64,000 bases of DNA from Oopsacas minuta (Eukaryota > Animalia > Porifera). Position 1 is the first letter of the stretch, and each line of letters begins with the position of its first letter. The notes beneath the pieces are model-generated. The model did no database searches. It worked only from the letters and a program-made list of their open reading frames with translations, and had not been told where the DNA came from. The position numbers and the translations under genes were made by a program. The stretch covers positions 280,396-344,395 of the forward strand of contig JAKMXF010000315.1 of assembly GCA_024704765.1 (NCBI GenBank), read 5' to 3'. Below, in pieces: positions 1 through 13,500 of this stretch.

Positions 1-1056
1 ATTTAGTAACTAGGTAATACTATACTATTGAAAAAATGGATATTGGATTTCAGAATAACTAGACGTGCTAGAGAAATTCTGATTGCAGATTCGAGTTCAG
101 CATTCAAATGTATGCTAAGATCAATGTATGTGATCTCTGATGAGAAATCTTGTTGAGTTGTGTTATCAGATCCTGTTTGTTAGGTTACTTTTTCAGCCAT
201 TTCCAAAATGAAATTATCTAACGAATCGTGTAAATTTATATATCTACTTCTATGCATTATATATGCACCAGCATTCCAATGACCACTTGTCGTAATGCGG
301 TTTCGAAACTTATCTATTTACATTCAATTCACTTTGGGTAACTATGGTTGAAATGATAATGTGTATTTATGAATATAACCTATCAATAATCCTAATGTAG
401 CGCATGCGTTATTCACTTTTATATACCTCTGTACACATTTATGTTATCTGAATACTTAGAGATGGGGCAAGGAATGGTCCTCCTATTTCAGTAACAACTC
501 AGCAATCAAAAAGGTGATAAGGGATTCAATTTGTAGGAATCTTCATCGTTTGATGAGGAAAATATCTAGTGATTTCAGAGTGTCTGGGTTTTTTCTACCA
601 AAATTAAGAAACTTTACTCTGGTTTGCATTCATTCAAGTGAAAAAAAGTTTCCTAATTGACTGGTGAAGCTTATAATGCTGCAAAGCTGTGGTTATTTTT
701 GGGATGTTTATAACTTCACATTTCTGAAAATCTAAATAGTTAATTAATTCCCGAGCGATCACATCCACCAATTTTGATAATATTAGAAATTTTAAAAACA
801 AATGATCCTAATTTGTTGAGTATTCAAACAAGTCATAAATTTCATGAATATTATATAGAGGATAGTAGTACATTCAATTCCCTTGCGCTTATTCAAGGTA
901 ATGCTGAAATTGCTTTCAGCCTTTTCATCGTGTTTTCACGTCTTTGAAAAGGAATACCCTTTAATCCTATATGGATATTTTTGACCGTTAATACGCTGAT
1001 GTTGTGCATCAGTGTGATTACACCATTATTTTCTTTACTATTGTGTAGATACTCTT

Positions 1057-1501
1057 ATGGATGACAACATTTTGTCTACTTTGGCCTCTTTGAAAGAACA
1101 AGCGAAAATTGTTCAAACAGGTGACGTTGTCTACAAAGATCAATGTTTTTATAGTTTTGATACTCCTGATTCTCCGCTTGGAATATTTGTAAATCTTTGT
1201 TCATTTTATTGTTATGGGCACAAATTTGTTAGATATTATTTTGATAAAACTGGATACAGATTGTACTTGAATATCAGGCGCACGAAGTTGGATAAGGTGG
1301 AGTCATCTTCATGTGATCTGGTTGATAAATCAATTAAGCCTACTAGATTAGGTATTGGAGTTGAGGGAGGGTTCCTTCCACAACACGATAAACAGTCAAT
1401 ATCTGAACAACATTATTTAGTTCTTTTACCAGAATTTCAATACATACCTTTATCATCGCAATTTCCTTCTCCAATTTATGAATCTATTCTATCCATCTTA
1501 G
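1057..1501 (+). CDS. USP5: USP5 exon 1 (N-terminal cryptic ZnF-UBP-like domain)
   Basis: ATG at 1057. [13 protein letters not shown] and [13 protein letters not shown] match the USP5 N-terminus. Donor TTAG|GTTGGT at 1502, phase 1. Confidence 0.9.
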
Positions 1502-4500
1502 GTTGGTTTATTCTTAATTTTGATTACCGGTATATAGATTTCCATCAGACATCAACCAATTTATACAGTTTTAATCAATTCTTTCAACCTACTTTCTTAG
1601 TGATGAAATTTAGAAGTGGAGAACCTTCCAAACGTTTATAAAAGTTTAAGACTAGGTCATAGAACTAGTAAATATACATCACAGCCAACATTCACTTGTA
1701 AATTTCCGCCTTAGGTTACTGTGTTAGCTGTAAGTCTTTGTATATAGTACAACTCGGTTAGTATGTTCTCTCGGCCTATCACATAGTCTTGATTAGTACT
1801 TTTCCCCAAAACAAATTGTCAATTATTGTACTTACTGTATTAAAAACATGTTCAAATACGACTTAATCCAGTTGGTACCTACTAATTTTTGTTTCCCTAG
1901 GTGTACGTCTCATCCGAGTTCTATTTATACATATTTTTCTATTCTAATCGGAAATAACGTTGCCGAACATTTCTTCTCTTCACATTTCGTTGCTGGACCC
2001 TGATATTTCAGTTTTGCAATATTATAGTTTGGAAAGGGGCTACAGGTCAGTCTCACATAATAAATCCCCCCTATAGTATTTATCCCTGGTTTTTGGTATA
2101 ATAATGGTTATAGGCAATCCCCCTGGTAAGAATACTTTTTAATATTCTTTCCCATTATCACAATTTGCACTAATGCTTGCGACATTTGCTACTAAATAGT
2201 TATTCAATCTGCATTCAATTTGGATGGAGATTATTGAAGTCCCATCCTGTAGATCCAATGGGAAAACATCCAAGGAAAGAATACATCATAAAATACTACA
2301 AGCCATCCTCGAAGGAATTATATTCAAATCTATAAAATATCAAGTAGAAATATATATATACAACTGTTACGAAGCTAAGGCTATTATCTCCAGTAATTAG
2401 CAAAAATACACATAGAACAATACTTATTAACAAAATTATTGAATTGGGGGAACTTTACTGCATGATAATTTTCCTCTGAAAGACTACTACATAGTGTTCT
2501 TCCTGCCTGTCTTAATTATATTGTATTTCAACGCCTTCTATGCTGACACTCAAATTACTTTAACTGTTTTTGAATAGGGGAACTTTCCTATCATGCTAAT
2601 TCTCCGCTCCTGAAGAATACAATTTTAGGATTCTTCCCAGGCGGGATAACTACCGAGGCGAAGGATTACTATATGACACCGTCAACGGCACACATTTGTT
2701 TTCTTAAAGTGTTGATACAGGTTTGGGTTTGGTTTACAGTGTTTTGAGCCTGGACCCGAGTTAGATCGTGCATATCCGTTTGATTTGTTATTATAAACAC
2801 TTTAGATCTGGTTTTGGTCATTTTGACACAGGCCTTGAGGTATTGGAGTAGGAATTTGGATTCCCGTTGTGGGACTTTAGGTTGAAACTTTTCGGTGCCC
2901 ACATACATATATATATGTACGTGTTATGTTTGTGAAGTTTAAGTTAACGGATTTTGATGTTTACTGTAAGAGTGGCGAAATTTCCGGCCACGAATAGTTC
3001 AAGCAACGAAATGAACAGACTATTAAATATCAGGCGACCAGTGCTACCTCTAATTTTTGGTGTTTAGGCATCTCATGGCGGGTACAAGCGTAATTCGGGG
3101 GACAAACAGTCCGAAGAGACTTTTTCATGGGGATACTTTAGGCTAATTTCTATAGATTTCGCAATATGAAATAATTTCGAGAAGTCCCTCTGATTACTCT
3201 TAATCCAGATTCCTACCCCATCTTATTCAGTATTTCATTGTACGTCCTAGAGCTTTATAGCTATATGCAGGGGCGTCAGGTTGACCAAGATAGTGGGAGG
3301 GCAGTTGTACTCACTGCTCATTTTTACTTTTAACTACATAAGTAATAATGATTAACAAAATGAATTTATATCGAATTTATTGACTTTATCAACTAATATG
3401 ACTTGTATATTGGAGAAATTCCGAATATAACATATTTTGTCAGCCCTTTAATGTATTTCTGAATTGATTAATTAAAGAATCTATAGTTGTGCTATTTCGT
3501 AATTACTCGATAAATAATCTAAAGTGGTGGTATTTGTAATTCCTCAATGAAGGAATCAATAGTTTATGTTATTTCGTAATTGAACAATAAGAGGATCTAG
3601 ACTCTAGAGCAGTATTTCCCAACCTTTACCAATTTAACGCCCGTTAAAGACTTAATATTTACAGAACACCCCCTATTTAATACTTTATTGAATCAGTTTT
3701 AATTATTGACTATATGGAATTTAGAAGATTGACTGATATTTTATCTAGGGACTAATCTAAGTATCAGTATACGTTGGAACATGTGATCTCTAACTTTGGT
3801 GGACCTTTGCTAGTTTGAATACATCCGGTTCTAACTGCGTCAGAAAGAGTCTCAAGTCGACTCTTGTTGCTATTTCCGGTCGATTTCTTTGTTTTGTGAG
3901 CAGATTAACTACTGTATTGAATCCCTTTTCGACAAGATATGATGATGGAAATGCAACGAACATTAATTTTACAGTTTGAAAAATATGGGGATAGCATTCA
4001 GAGACTTCTTTCTTCATCCAGAATGCACTATATCCTCATTGGGTGAATATGGCATTGCATTCGATATCATTCTTCAAGTCGATGAATTCTTCTTGACATT
4101 GTGGATCCAAAGTTTCTATATTTGTTCCAAATGGATTTATAACAAAATTAGCGATAACAAACTCGGTTAAATGTTTGAATCGAATCAACAAATCTTCGCT
4201 AAGGGAATCAACATGTGAACAGTAAATATGAATGTTGTCCTCCGTAATGATGTTATTATTTGTCATATCCAGTTCACTTAAACAAGGTAACTGCCCAAAT
4301 TCACGACACGTCATATTCTTTCGGTACAAGGTTAGTTTACTTAAGAATGATAGAACAACATCCTTCCCTTGTATAAGAGTGGTATTTTCCCTTGTATCTG
4401 CTTATTCATTATATTCAGTTAAGTAATCAACATCAGTCCTTATCATTTTAGCCTTTTCTCAGAGTTGAATCGTATTCTTCTAGAAACTCGACTATAGAAT

Positions 4501-7500
4501 CAAACAGTTAATGGAATCGTTTCAAACAATTACCTTTAGAAAGCCACCCAACTTCAGTAAGAAGAAGGAGGCGTTTGTAATCTTCATCATTGTTTGAACA
4601 AAGTTGCTGAAAGATGCGATCATTCAGTGAGTTCTTTTTGATTTTGTTCGTAGCAGTAATCACGATTTGTAAAGACAGGTGAAGATTAGGTGTTAGGTGC
4701 TTGACATCAATATTCCAGCAGTATTCAAGGGACATTTTCGACACTTGCAAAGGAATAATAGACAGTTGTTGGCCGGCCCTTCCTACTATAATAGATCAAA
4801 TGGACACAAGCGTCAAATCAAAGGCCCAGTGTTATGAGGACTCAAAACACGGGTAGTTAATGTCTTTCGGGTTGGTGGAACTGATCACCAAGCAGGAATT
4901 ATTAATGACCAAGCGTATCCCAATTCTCTCTTGTGGTGACAAGCTTCTAATATATGGTCACCTAAGCAACCAGTGATTAGGAAAGAACTATACAAAACCA
5001 ATGTTCCCATTTTTTCGTATTGTGTTAAGGGACCACAAGTTCGATGTTCTTAGGAAAGGCGCCACTTGGTCAGTCATTTTAGATGAATCCGCATTACCGT
5101 CAGCAAGAACCTGTGTTTATTGAGTAAAACTGCCAGGAAAGAAACTATATCCATCGAGAATGTTACTCTGTGTGATGGCCTAGGAGTTACCATCGCCAAG
5201 GTCGCTAAATAGTTCACTGAAGAATATCGTATTCCTCTAGCAAACTGCTGTTTTATTGGGAAGATGTTGCGATCTGTAATACTGGTTAAGTTAATGGCTT
5301 CGTGAAATTCTGTCAGGATGTTGTGGGGGAGAATCGTGGAAATTATGGTAACAAGACGATGTCATCCAAGTTCATTGCATATCACACCTTGTTGCACTAG
5401 CTATCACTGATGTGCGTGCTCACTTAACCGAATACGGTCGAGAAATATTCATGTGTTTTTGAAGAAGCAATTTCTATGATCACATGTATGTAAAAGTAGC
5501 CAATTTCCTGTCAGATTTATCACCAAACCTTAATATAGCACCTGTACTTTAGTTATTTTAATTGCGACTAAGTGAGAAATAATTATTTGATAATTGATTA
5601 TACCATTTCGACTACTTTCAAGTTATCATTGCATCTACATGAGTTTACCTAGATTTTAGTTGTTTACACTAGCCAATAAACCAAGGATATATCCATTATT
5701 GCGAAGAGATGAATTTGAAATCGTCATGGAGTAAAAAAATATACATCATATTATAAATATTATGATAATGATTGGCTACACCTAAGCGGGTAATGAATTG
5801 TTTACACTTGCAATTATAAAGCAATAATATATATAATTACTCAGAATTCAATGGTTTCAACTATCTAGATTCCTCTAATTACTTAGTATAATTGAGAAGC
5901 AATTCAAATACAGTATTACAATGTATTAGATATTTTATCGATTATATATCAGTGTGTACTATGTCATTTATGGTGGCCTATCAGTATATATGGACCATGA
6001 TTCATTCACCTTACCGAATATGTGACCCATTAGACTCATCATGTATGTTACTTACTCGTGTGCAACAACTATATTTCAACGACAACAAAATGTCCAGTAT
6101 CCAATATCCAGTATCCAATGTCCAATGTCCAGTATCCAGTGTCCAGTATCCTCTTCTCTTTCCTTTCTCTTATCTCCTCTACTTTACCTCCAGGACTGCT
6201 AATCCCACGAGTCTCTACCATCACCCAAGAAAAATCGTCGCGTGTACTGTGTGAAGTTACACCACGTCTCCCTCTGCCTCAACGCGCTGAACTTGACGCC
6301 TGGCAGCACAAGCACCGGAGTTGTCGTTCTCACATGATGAGGTAACTGCTGGGATAAAGCGTGATGTAGAGCAAGTAAAATTAGGCATGTCAGTTATGGC
6401 ATCAGGAATTGAAGACCTCAGAAAGAACGAGCGTGAAAAGGAGGAATTACAGCAACAATTGTAAGACTTCAGTCAGCGAATACTCAGCTTCTTAATGAGA
6501 ATGAACAACTGCTAGAGCAGCAATGCAGAGGTGCTACTGCACAGGTTGCACGATCTACTCAGTCTCTACTATCATCGTATCTCCGATCAGATCATCTACT
6601 CCGAATGTGGGTGTCAGCCGTGACTTTCTTGATGAATCTTACCACATCATCCTCCTTTACCTGTCATCGTTGCTAACGGTTGCCGTCAAACATTAAAGCT
6701 TGACTTCTACTTTAACAGGGCGATTCAGGTGGCCAAATCATCCTCATTAAGTGAACCAATTTCAGGGTCTGGTAACTTCCTCAATTCCATAAAAGTGTCA
6801 ATACTCTCCTTATGGCAAATATGCGTTACTGGTTGGTTTAAAAACATGAGTTAGCATTCCTATTATCCCACAGAACATTTCCGAATCGGTCTTCTACCCG
6901 AAGGGGTGAAACCATGAATATAATATATTTTGATCAGTTTATATTCATCTGCTGCTTGATTGATATCATTATCATGAACTTTCAATATGATAGCCAGTCA
7001 AGACTTGTTTCTGGCTTTCATGTAATATTATTGCTTCAGTCATCATTAAATTAATAAATAGAGTTCAATAGGTCATCAAGTTCATTAACTTGTATACTAC
7101 CTCGTAATATACAGTATTTATATATAATTTTGTGCCATATATTGGTGTAAAATCACAATGGAAATATATTGTATTGTACTATAGCAAAGTAGATGGGGAA
7201 TGTAATTTGACAGAATTTGACATGTTGCGCAATGAAGCGCATTTGTAATTTGAATATAATGTTTATATGACTATCAAGAATACATATTACAGATTCAGAG
7301 TGGAAACTATTGACAATACATTTTGCGGCCAATGGGACTGCTTATGGAGAGAGAAATTTCTACAAACTTTTTCAATCTATTGTATCCGTATTATCTGATT
7401 ACATATTTTTTCCTGAAGAAAATGATTGATATATTCAAATTCAGTACACTCACTTTACTGTAAAGCATGTAAATGAACAATGTATGCATTATGAATTCAA

Positions 7501-10500
7501 CAGATTGCTGATATAGCTTCTGTCATTTATATAACGGAATTGTAAATATAGAGTTCAGCAATGAAGTCCTGCATTTGATTGACCACAAAAATGGAAATAC
7601 TTGACGATTTCATCTGAAACTTACTTATTGTTCATTTAATATATAGTAGAATCTAATTCCCAATGGTATTAATTTGAATGTAAGAATTAGCTCCTGTGGC
7701 ACCCGAGTAGTCAACTGTACATTTTTATATTGGCTCAGCATTAAATGATTAGCTATCTATATAGTATGTGTATATTATCTAATGAATAACTCACTATATA
7801 ATTAATTTAATGAAATTTCTTTTCACAGGCGGTAGTTTGATATATTTATCCTTTTCTAGCTTCGCATAATTTACGTATATGCATCGTTTGTACGGTCAGG
7901 GATTATGAATAGTTTCAGACCGAGGTATCATTCCCGATCGATTGATCAGCCAGACTGATGTTTCGGTCCAGACCTTTAACTCGCTAATTGGATCGGTTTG
8001 GGCTGGTATTAGGCGTATCTTCGATTGAAGCGATTTTCACTAATATTTTCTAAACTTTACAGAATTGGGTATCAAAATGTATATTGACCAACTTAAACCC
8101 AACCCAATCTAAACAATTCTAATTTTTCATATCTCTGGACATGATCAAACTTCATTTTTCCCCAAAATGGGTCAAAAATCCAACAAATAGTTTTTATATA
8201 CTGCACAATTTCAACATTTTGTTCGGTATCACGGAATAGTTCTGGATTCTATTCAAATTTGAGTTGTGAATCAGAACCGTATTGGGAAGATAAAAAGTTA
8301 TTAGCTGAGTAGTTTACTAATAATATAGGAAACGAGGCACCCTATTATTTATATTTTGTATAGACAAGTTTATGTACTTTTAATCCATCTTGTAAGATTC
8401 AGAAGATGTTATTGTTTTGGTTGCATTATATAATCCTCCAATTTGGAGATTTGTTTGTGCAGGAGAATTTAGAGAGTATATTTTAATGACATTTTACAAA
8501 ATCTATGATAAATTATATATTACGAGCCTTCGCTCTTCGCCCGCGACGAACTCGCGCATTGCGCCTCAAGGTATTCAACGGACAAAAAACAGACAAACAA
8601 CAATTGGGGTTTAATCATATTGAGTCATTGAAAGTATGATTCTACTTCAATTGTGAAATTTGTTTACTTTATATTCATAAAAACAACAATATATTCACAT
8701 ATGAGAATCTTGAAAATGAGAAATTCGGATTCAGCGTGCTTACTTACCCCTGGTAACCGCTTAGAGCATCCTTTGCGTATATTTTGTGATTTGACTAATT
8801 TGTTTACTCTACTATATTCATATAAACAATAAATTTGCATATGATTCATCCAAAAGTGTGATAACACTGTCCAACAAATTTTTTAGCATTTTAGCTTCTG
8901 GAATACACTGTAGTGTTTCTCATTTATTCAAGCACTCTGATTCCAAATATCTAATCAGTTTTTCTCTATCAGGCAACGATTTTGAAAAATTCAATATTTT
9001 GGTTTTATCATTGTCCCAGTATTCCTATAATATATCTCTTTAGTTTGGCTAATCAAATGCATACTTATGATTTAATTACAATGAAACTTGTCAATTGGTT
9101 TAGCATTTATTATACTAATTTAGAAATGCTTGGAATGTGATTTTCTTTTGTATGTGGCATCAAGAATATCTATTTTTAGTGGCCAACAATAACCAGCCAT
9201 CATGTTTGGAGAGAATTTTCCATTGTAACGACTTTCCATTGTGCTTATATCTTGATGAAATCTTTCACCATATTCATCACTCACAGCACCTAGATTTTCC
9301 GGAAAGAATTGCGAATGTGAGTGAAGAAAGTGTATTTTTAGAGACATATTACATCCCATTGTTCTGAATGCATCAAGTAGTGTCACAACAATTTCTTCAT
9401 AAATTGGTGATTTCTTAGTTCCTATAAAGTTCTCATTTAAAGATTTGAATTAATTCCATGCTGCTTTCTCGACAGAATTTAGACATCCTTCGAAGTTTAG
9501 ATCCTTGAATAGTTCTCTAATTTGGGGACCTATAAATATCCCTACCTTGATTTTAGCATCGCTGACCTTTGGAAATTTGTCCTTGAGGTATTTGAAACCT
9601 TCTCCTTCTTCATTGTATTTTACTATCGCCTTTACAAAGTTTTTCATCAAACCCAGTTTTATGTGTAGAGGTGCTAATAGAATTTTCTCAGGATTTACTA
9701 AGGACTGACTACTTACACTCTTTGTACCAGCAGTTAATTGATGTCGTAGTGGCCACTCCTTAACTATACAGTGGGATTGCCTTGCTCTACTATCCCACTC
9801 ACAGAGGAGGCAACAATATTTCGTGTATCCAGGTTGCATACCCAACAAAAGTCCAATTACCTTCAGATCACCACAGATGTGCCAATTGTAAGAGTGATAT
9901 CTGATCAGTTTCAATAAGATATCCATATTCTCATGAGACTCCTTCATGGTACTGAATGACCTATCGGTATGGATGGTAATACGTTACCTTTGTGAAGTAA
10001 GACTGCCTTGAGGCTGTACTTAGAAGAATCAATGAAGAGACGCCACTCTGATGGTTCGTGTTGAAACCTAATAACTCCATCACACGATCCACATTGTTAC
10101 AATAACATAAAGACCCCTGCATTTCAAAATGTACTGAGAAATCACTTTGACGGGTCCGAAAAACGAGACTTTAGTTTCCTCATCCAATAAGTTCCAACCT
10201 TTCAATCTTGACCCAAGCAATTCACTTTGATCTTTTGTCAAATTCAAGTCCCTAACCAAATCTTTCAGGTCACTTTGTTTAATGATGTGGGGAAGTCTTG
10301 TTTTATCAGGTGGCATAGGCGGAGGTATAAATTCCTCATCATCTTGATCTAACATAGCATATTCAACAGTATCGTCATCAAAGGAAACTTTCTTAGGCTT
10401 AGGTACTTCGAATTCTGTAGAATGCTCAACAGGACGAATCGCAGATTGAAGATTGGAATAACATGTATTCTTTTTGGTCTTAGAAGTGATTCCTTTTATA

Positions 10501-13500
10501 TCAGTCAAACAGAAATAACAATCAGTATAATGATCTCTTGGTTCCCTCCATATCATGGGAATAGCAAATTGCATTGAAGTACGTGAGCCATTTAGCCATT
10601 TACCAAGTCCTATTGCACATTTTGAGCAACAAAAATGAGGTGCCCAAGGCTTATCTTGATCACCAATCTTGCAACCGAAATATTGCTATTATCCTTTGTG
10701 TACAAGAGGAGACATGTCTCTCAGCTTAAATTTTGTAGTAAATTCTCCACAAATATAACAGAAAGAATCGGTTGGGTTTGAACATCGACGAGACATTATT
10801 GAAAAGAAATAAATACAAATACAATCAAATAATCTCCTCTTGAAAGAGCAAGTAATATTCTATATATTTTAAGAAAATTTGAATTGTTAGACAATATATG
10901 CCGAAGGTATTAATACATATACAATTATACATTCTATAGAGATCTATGGAAAAATGATTTGGGAAATTTCTGAATTTTACAAAATCTCTGCCTGATAGAG
11001 AAAAACTGATTGGATATTTGGAATCAGGGCACTTGAATACATAAGAAACATTACCGTGTATTCCAGAAGCAAAAAATGATGAAAATTTGTTGGACAGTGT
11101 AATCGGATTCAGCATGTTTGATATATTTATTGAATTCCATTTACTTCCTTGATAAACACGATACTACATAGTTATGCGACAATTTCAAAATTGCATACCG
11201 TAAATCCTTTCCTTGACAATGTACAAACAGACAGATAGACAAATAAACAGACAGACAGGCAGAAAAACAAACAAACAGACAACAATTGTGATTTAATAAT
11301 ATAGATTTCATTTCCTATCATTTGGTATTCGGTTTAGATTATTATAAATAGTATAGAGTATACCTACATTTTGCATGAGACATGTGTAATTGACAATTGG
11401 CATTCAAATTTACCTTATATATGGATATTTTCTTTTAATTTTTTATATATGAGGAAATGTAGCTGTTTCATACTTATGCTAAAACAAGAGAAGAATCTCA
11501 AGGATACTTCGTCGGTCGCGGGGCAACCTACCAGGCGAACGCATTAGTTTGTTATTACTACTCGTATTTTTACTTATATTCGTTACTACAAGTTACTACA
11601 TAAGATAGAGTTTAGAATCCCTAATTTCCTTCTTTTACAATATTCAATAAATCTGATTGAAATTGTTCATTTGAATCCACTTGTTGGATTCCGCTATTGC
11701 AATCAATTGTACTAAAAACATTGATTACGGAATTCTTGACCCAAAATGTTGCCTGCACATACTTTCTTTAGCCCTGTCTCACTTCAAAGTGATATCATTA
11801 TCGTAGTAATGGCATAATATAAGTCAAGAAGGATTTTATGTTTGCGAGTGACATGTAAAATTCCTATTAGTTAGCGATTGTATTTGTTTGGATTTTGCAC
11901 ATATGTCATTGTTCATCCCTTCAAAATGTCTCCCAAAAGGGGAGGTTTTTCTACATGTATTTTTTCAATATTGTTGGGTCTTCGTCATTTGCTGTATTAT
12001 CTTAACTATCAATTTCAACCTCTCCTTAACAATACGTTCAATAACTATTGGTAACATTGATTCAGTGGTCTTTTTAATACGCATTGATTCAAAAGAATAC
12101 TTATTTTTTGATTTTTTTACTCTTAACAATTGTACCACATGCATGTAGTATTAACGGTTTGGCTTATTTAGCAATTATATATTTTTATCCAATTTATACC
12201 TAATTCGATGCATTACGTGTTCAGAATAGAGATACAAGACCTTTTGCAACTTACAATTTCCCAGCATTTTCATAAATACTTTGTTAAACTTAGTTTATTG
12301 AATGCTAAACAAATACTTAGCTTTTGGGGCAAACTATAGTCTATTTCAACTTTGGCAATATTTAAATATTTATGCAGGATTAGCCTACCGGATGGCCTCT
12401 AAATATAAGGCTTAATCGTAAAGTGCTGGTGTTGGAGTATTAAATTTATTAATTAATAATTTTCACATTAATATACTTGGTTTCTTTATTTTGGAAACAG
12501 TGTATTTTTGCCGGAATAATGCGTTCCATGTTGTGGAACACAGAATTCATACTATTATGCTAGATACTCTCAGGTATGTCTCGAAATATATGTCTACTAA
12601 GCATTCATTTAGTCGAATTTATCATTTTTTGATGCCTCGGAGAACATTTGTATGTTGTATGTTGTATGTGATCTTAAAGTTAATATATGAAATGATCTTT
12701 AGCAGTTCGGGTTTCATACAGCAATTTTTGCTGGTGGGGAAACGATTGATCATACCTTATTGAGATCACTTTCCCATGTAAATACTATCATACATCAGTT
12801 GTCACAATACATAATATTCAGTATTAATTTTAGGAATTCTGGGGTAACTGTCTGTAGGTGGTGAAATCCCAGGGTGCTTCCCCTGATATGTATGAACCCT
12901 GGCAGTGGTTCCCAACCTGCGATACGCGGCTGCTTAATTGTGATACTTATAAAATTGTAAATCTGTATCCCAATCGACAAATTAGAATAATTTTGGCGTT
13001 AAAGGGATACTCTTATATAATGTATACTTATTTATTCATTATGGTTTTTATAACTCTCATGTTTCTGTGATAAATATATATAACTAGTCGGTACCTTTTG
13101 TATATTCTTATTTTGCAATATACTATCCTTACTCATTCGAAATGCATCTGAAAAGGAAACGAGTGTATTCCGACGAATATATATAATATTATTTTACTTC
13201 GATCCATATTTACATCATTGATCATTACAGTGCATTATCTGCCTTAAAACACTTATTGCTGACATCATGAAACCAAGCCTTTGATTAGACAGCTTGAAAC
13301 ATGTCATCCTGAATTTAAGACAAAGATGCCTCATATTTTCAAAGCAAAGAAGGTGTTATACAAATGTCCGGTTAGATACCACTGGAACGTTTAATCAGCA
13401 TTAATTTCAGCAATTGGAACGTCTTACGTTATTTCCTTACAATTGCTCAACAAAAGAAAAATATATAAATGTGGAAATCCTTCCTTACATCTAATTAGTT

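Noticed and set aside
380-960. Protein-like stretches on the minus strand upstream of USP5 (possible divergent gene)
   Set aside because: Stops occur in all frames within about 60 codons, and no convincing splice pair or motif was found.
1502-1641. ORF track extends exon 1 by about 46 codons to TAA at 1641
   Set aside because: Similarity to USP5 stops at the AG|GTTGGT donor, and phase 1 joins exon 2 correctly. The extension is read-through into the intron.
1690-2910. Hints of a Penelope-like element ([15 protein letters not shown])
   Set aside because: The motifs are short, lie on inconsistent strands and in the wrong order, and may be chance.
6200-6700. GC-richer segment with coiled-coil-like translation (possible gag/ORF1 relic)
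   Set aside because: No diagnostic motif, LTR or flanking structure.
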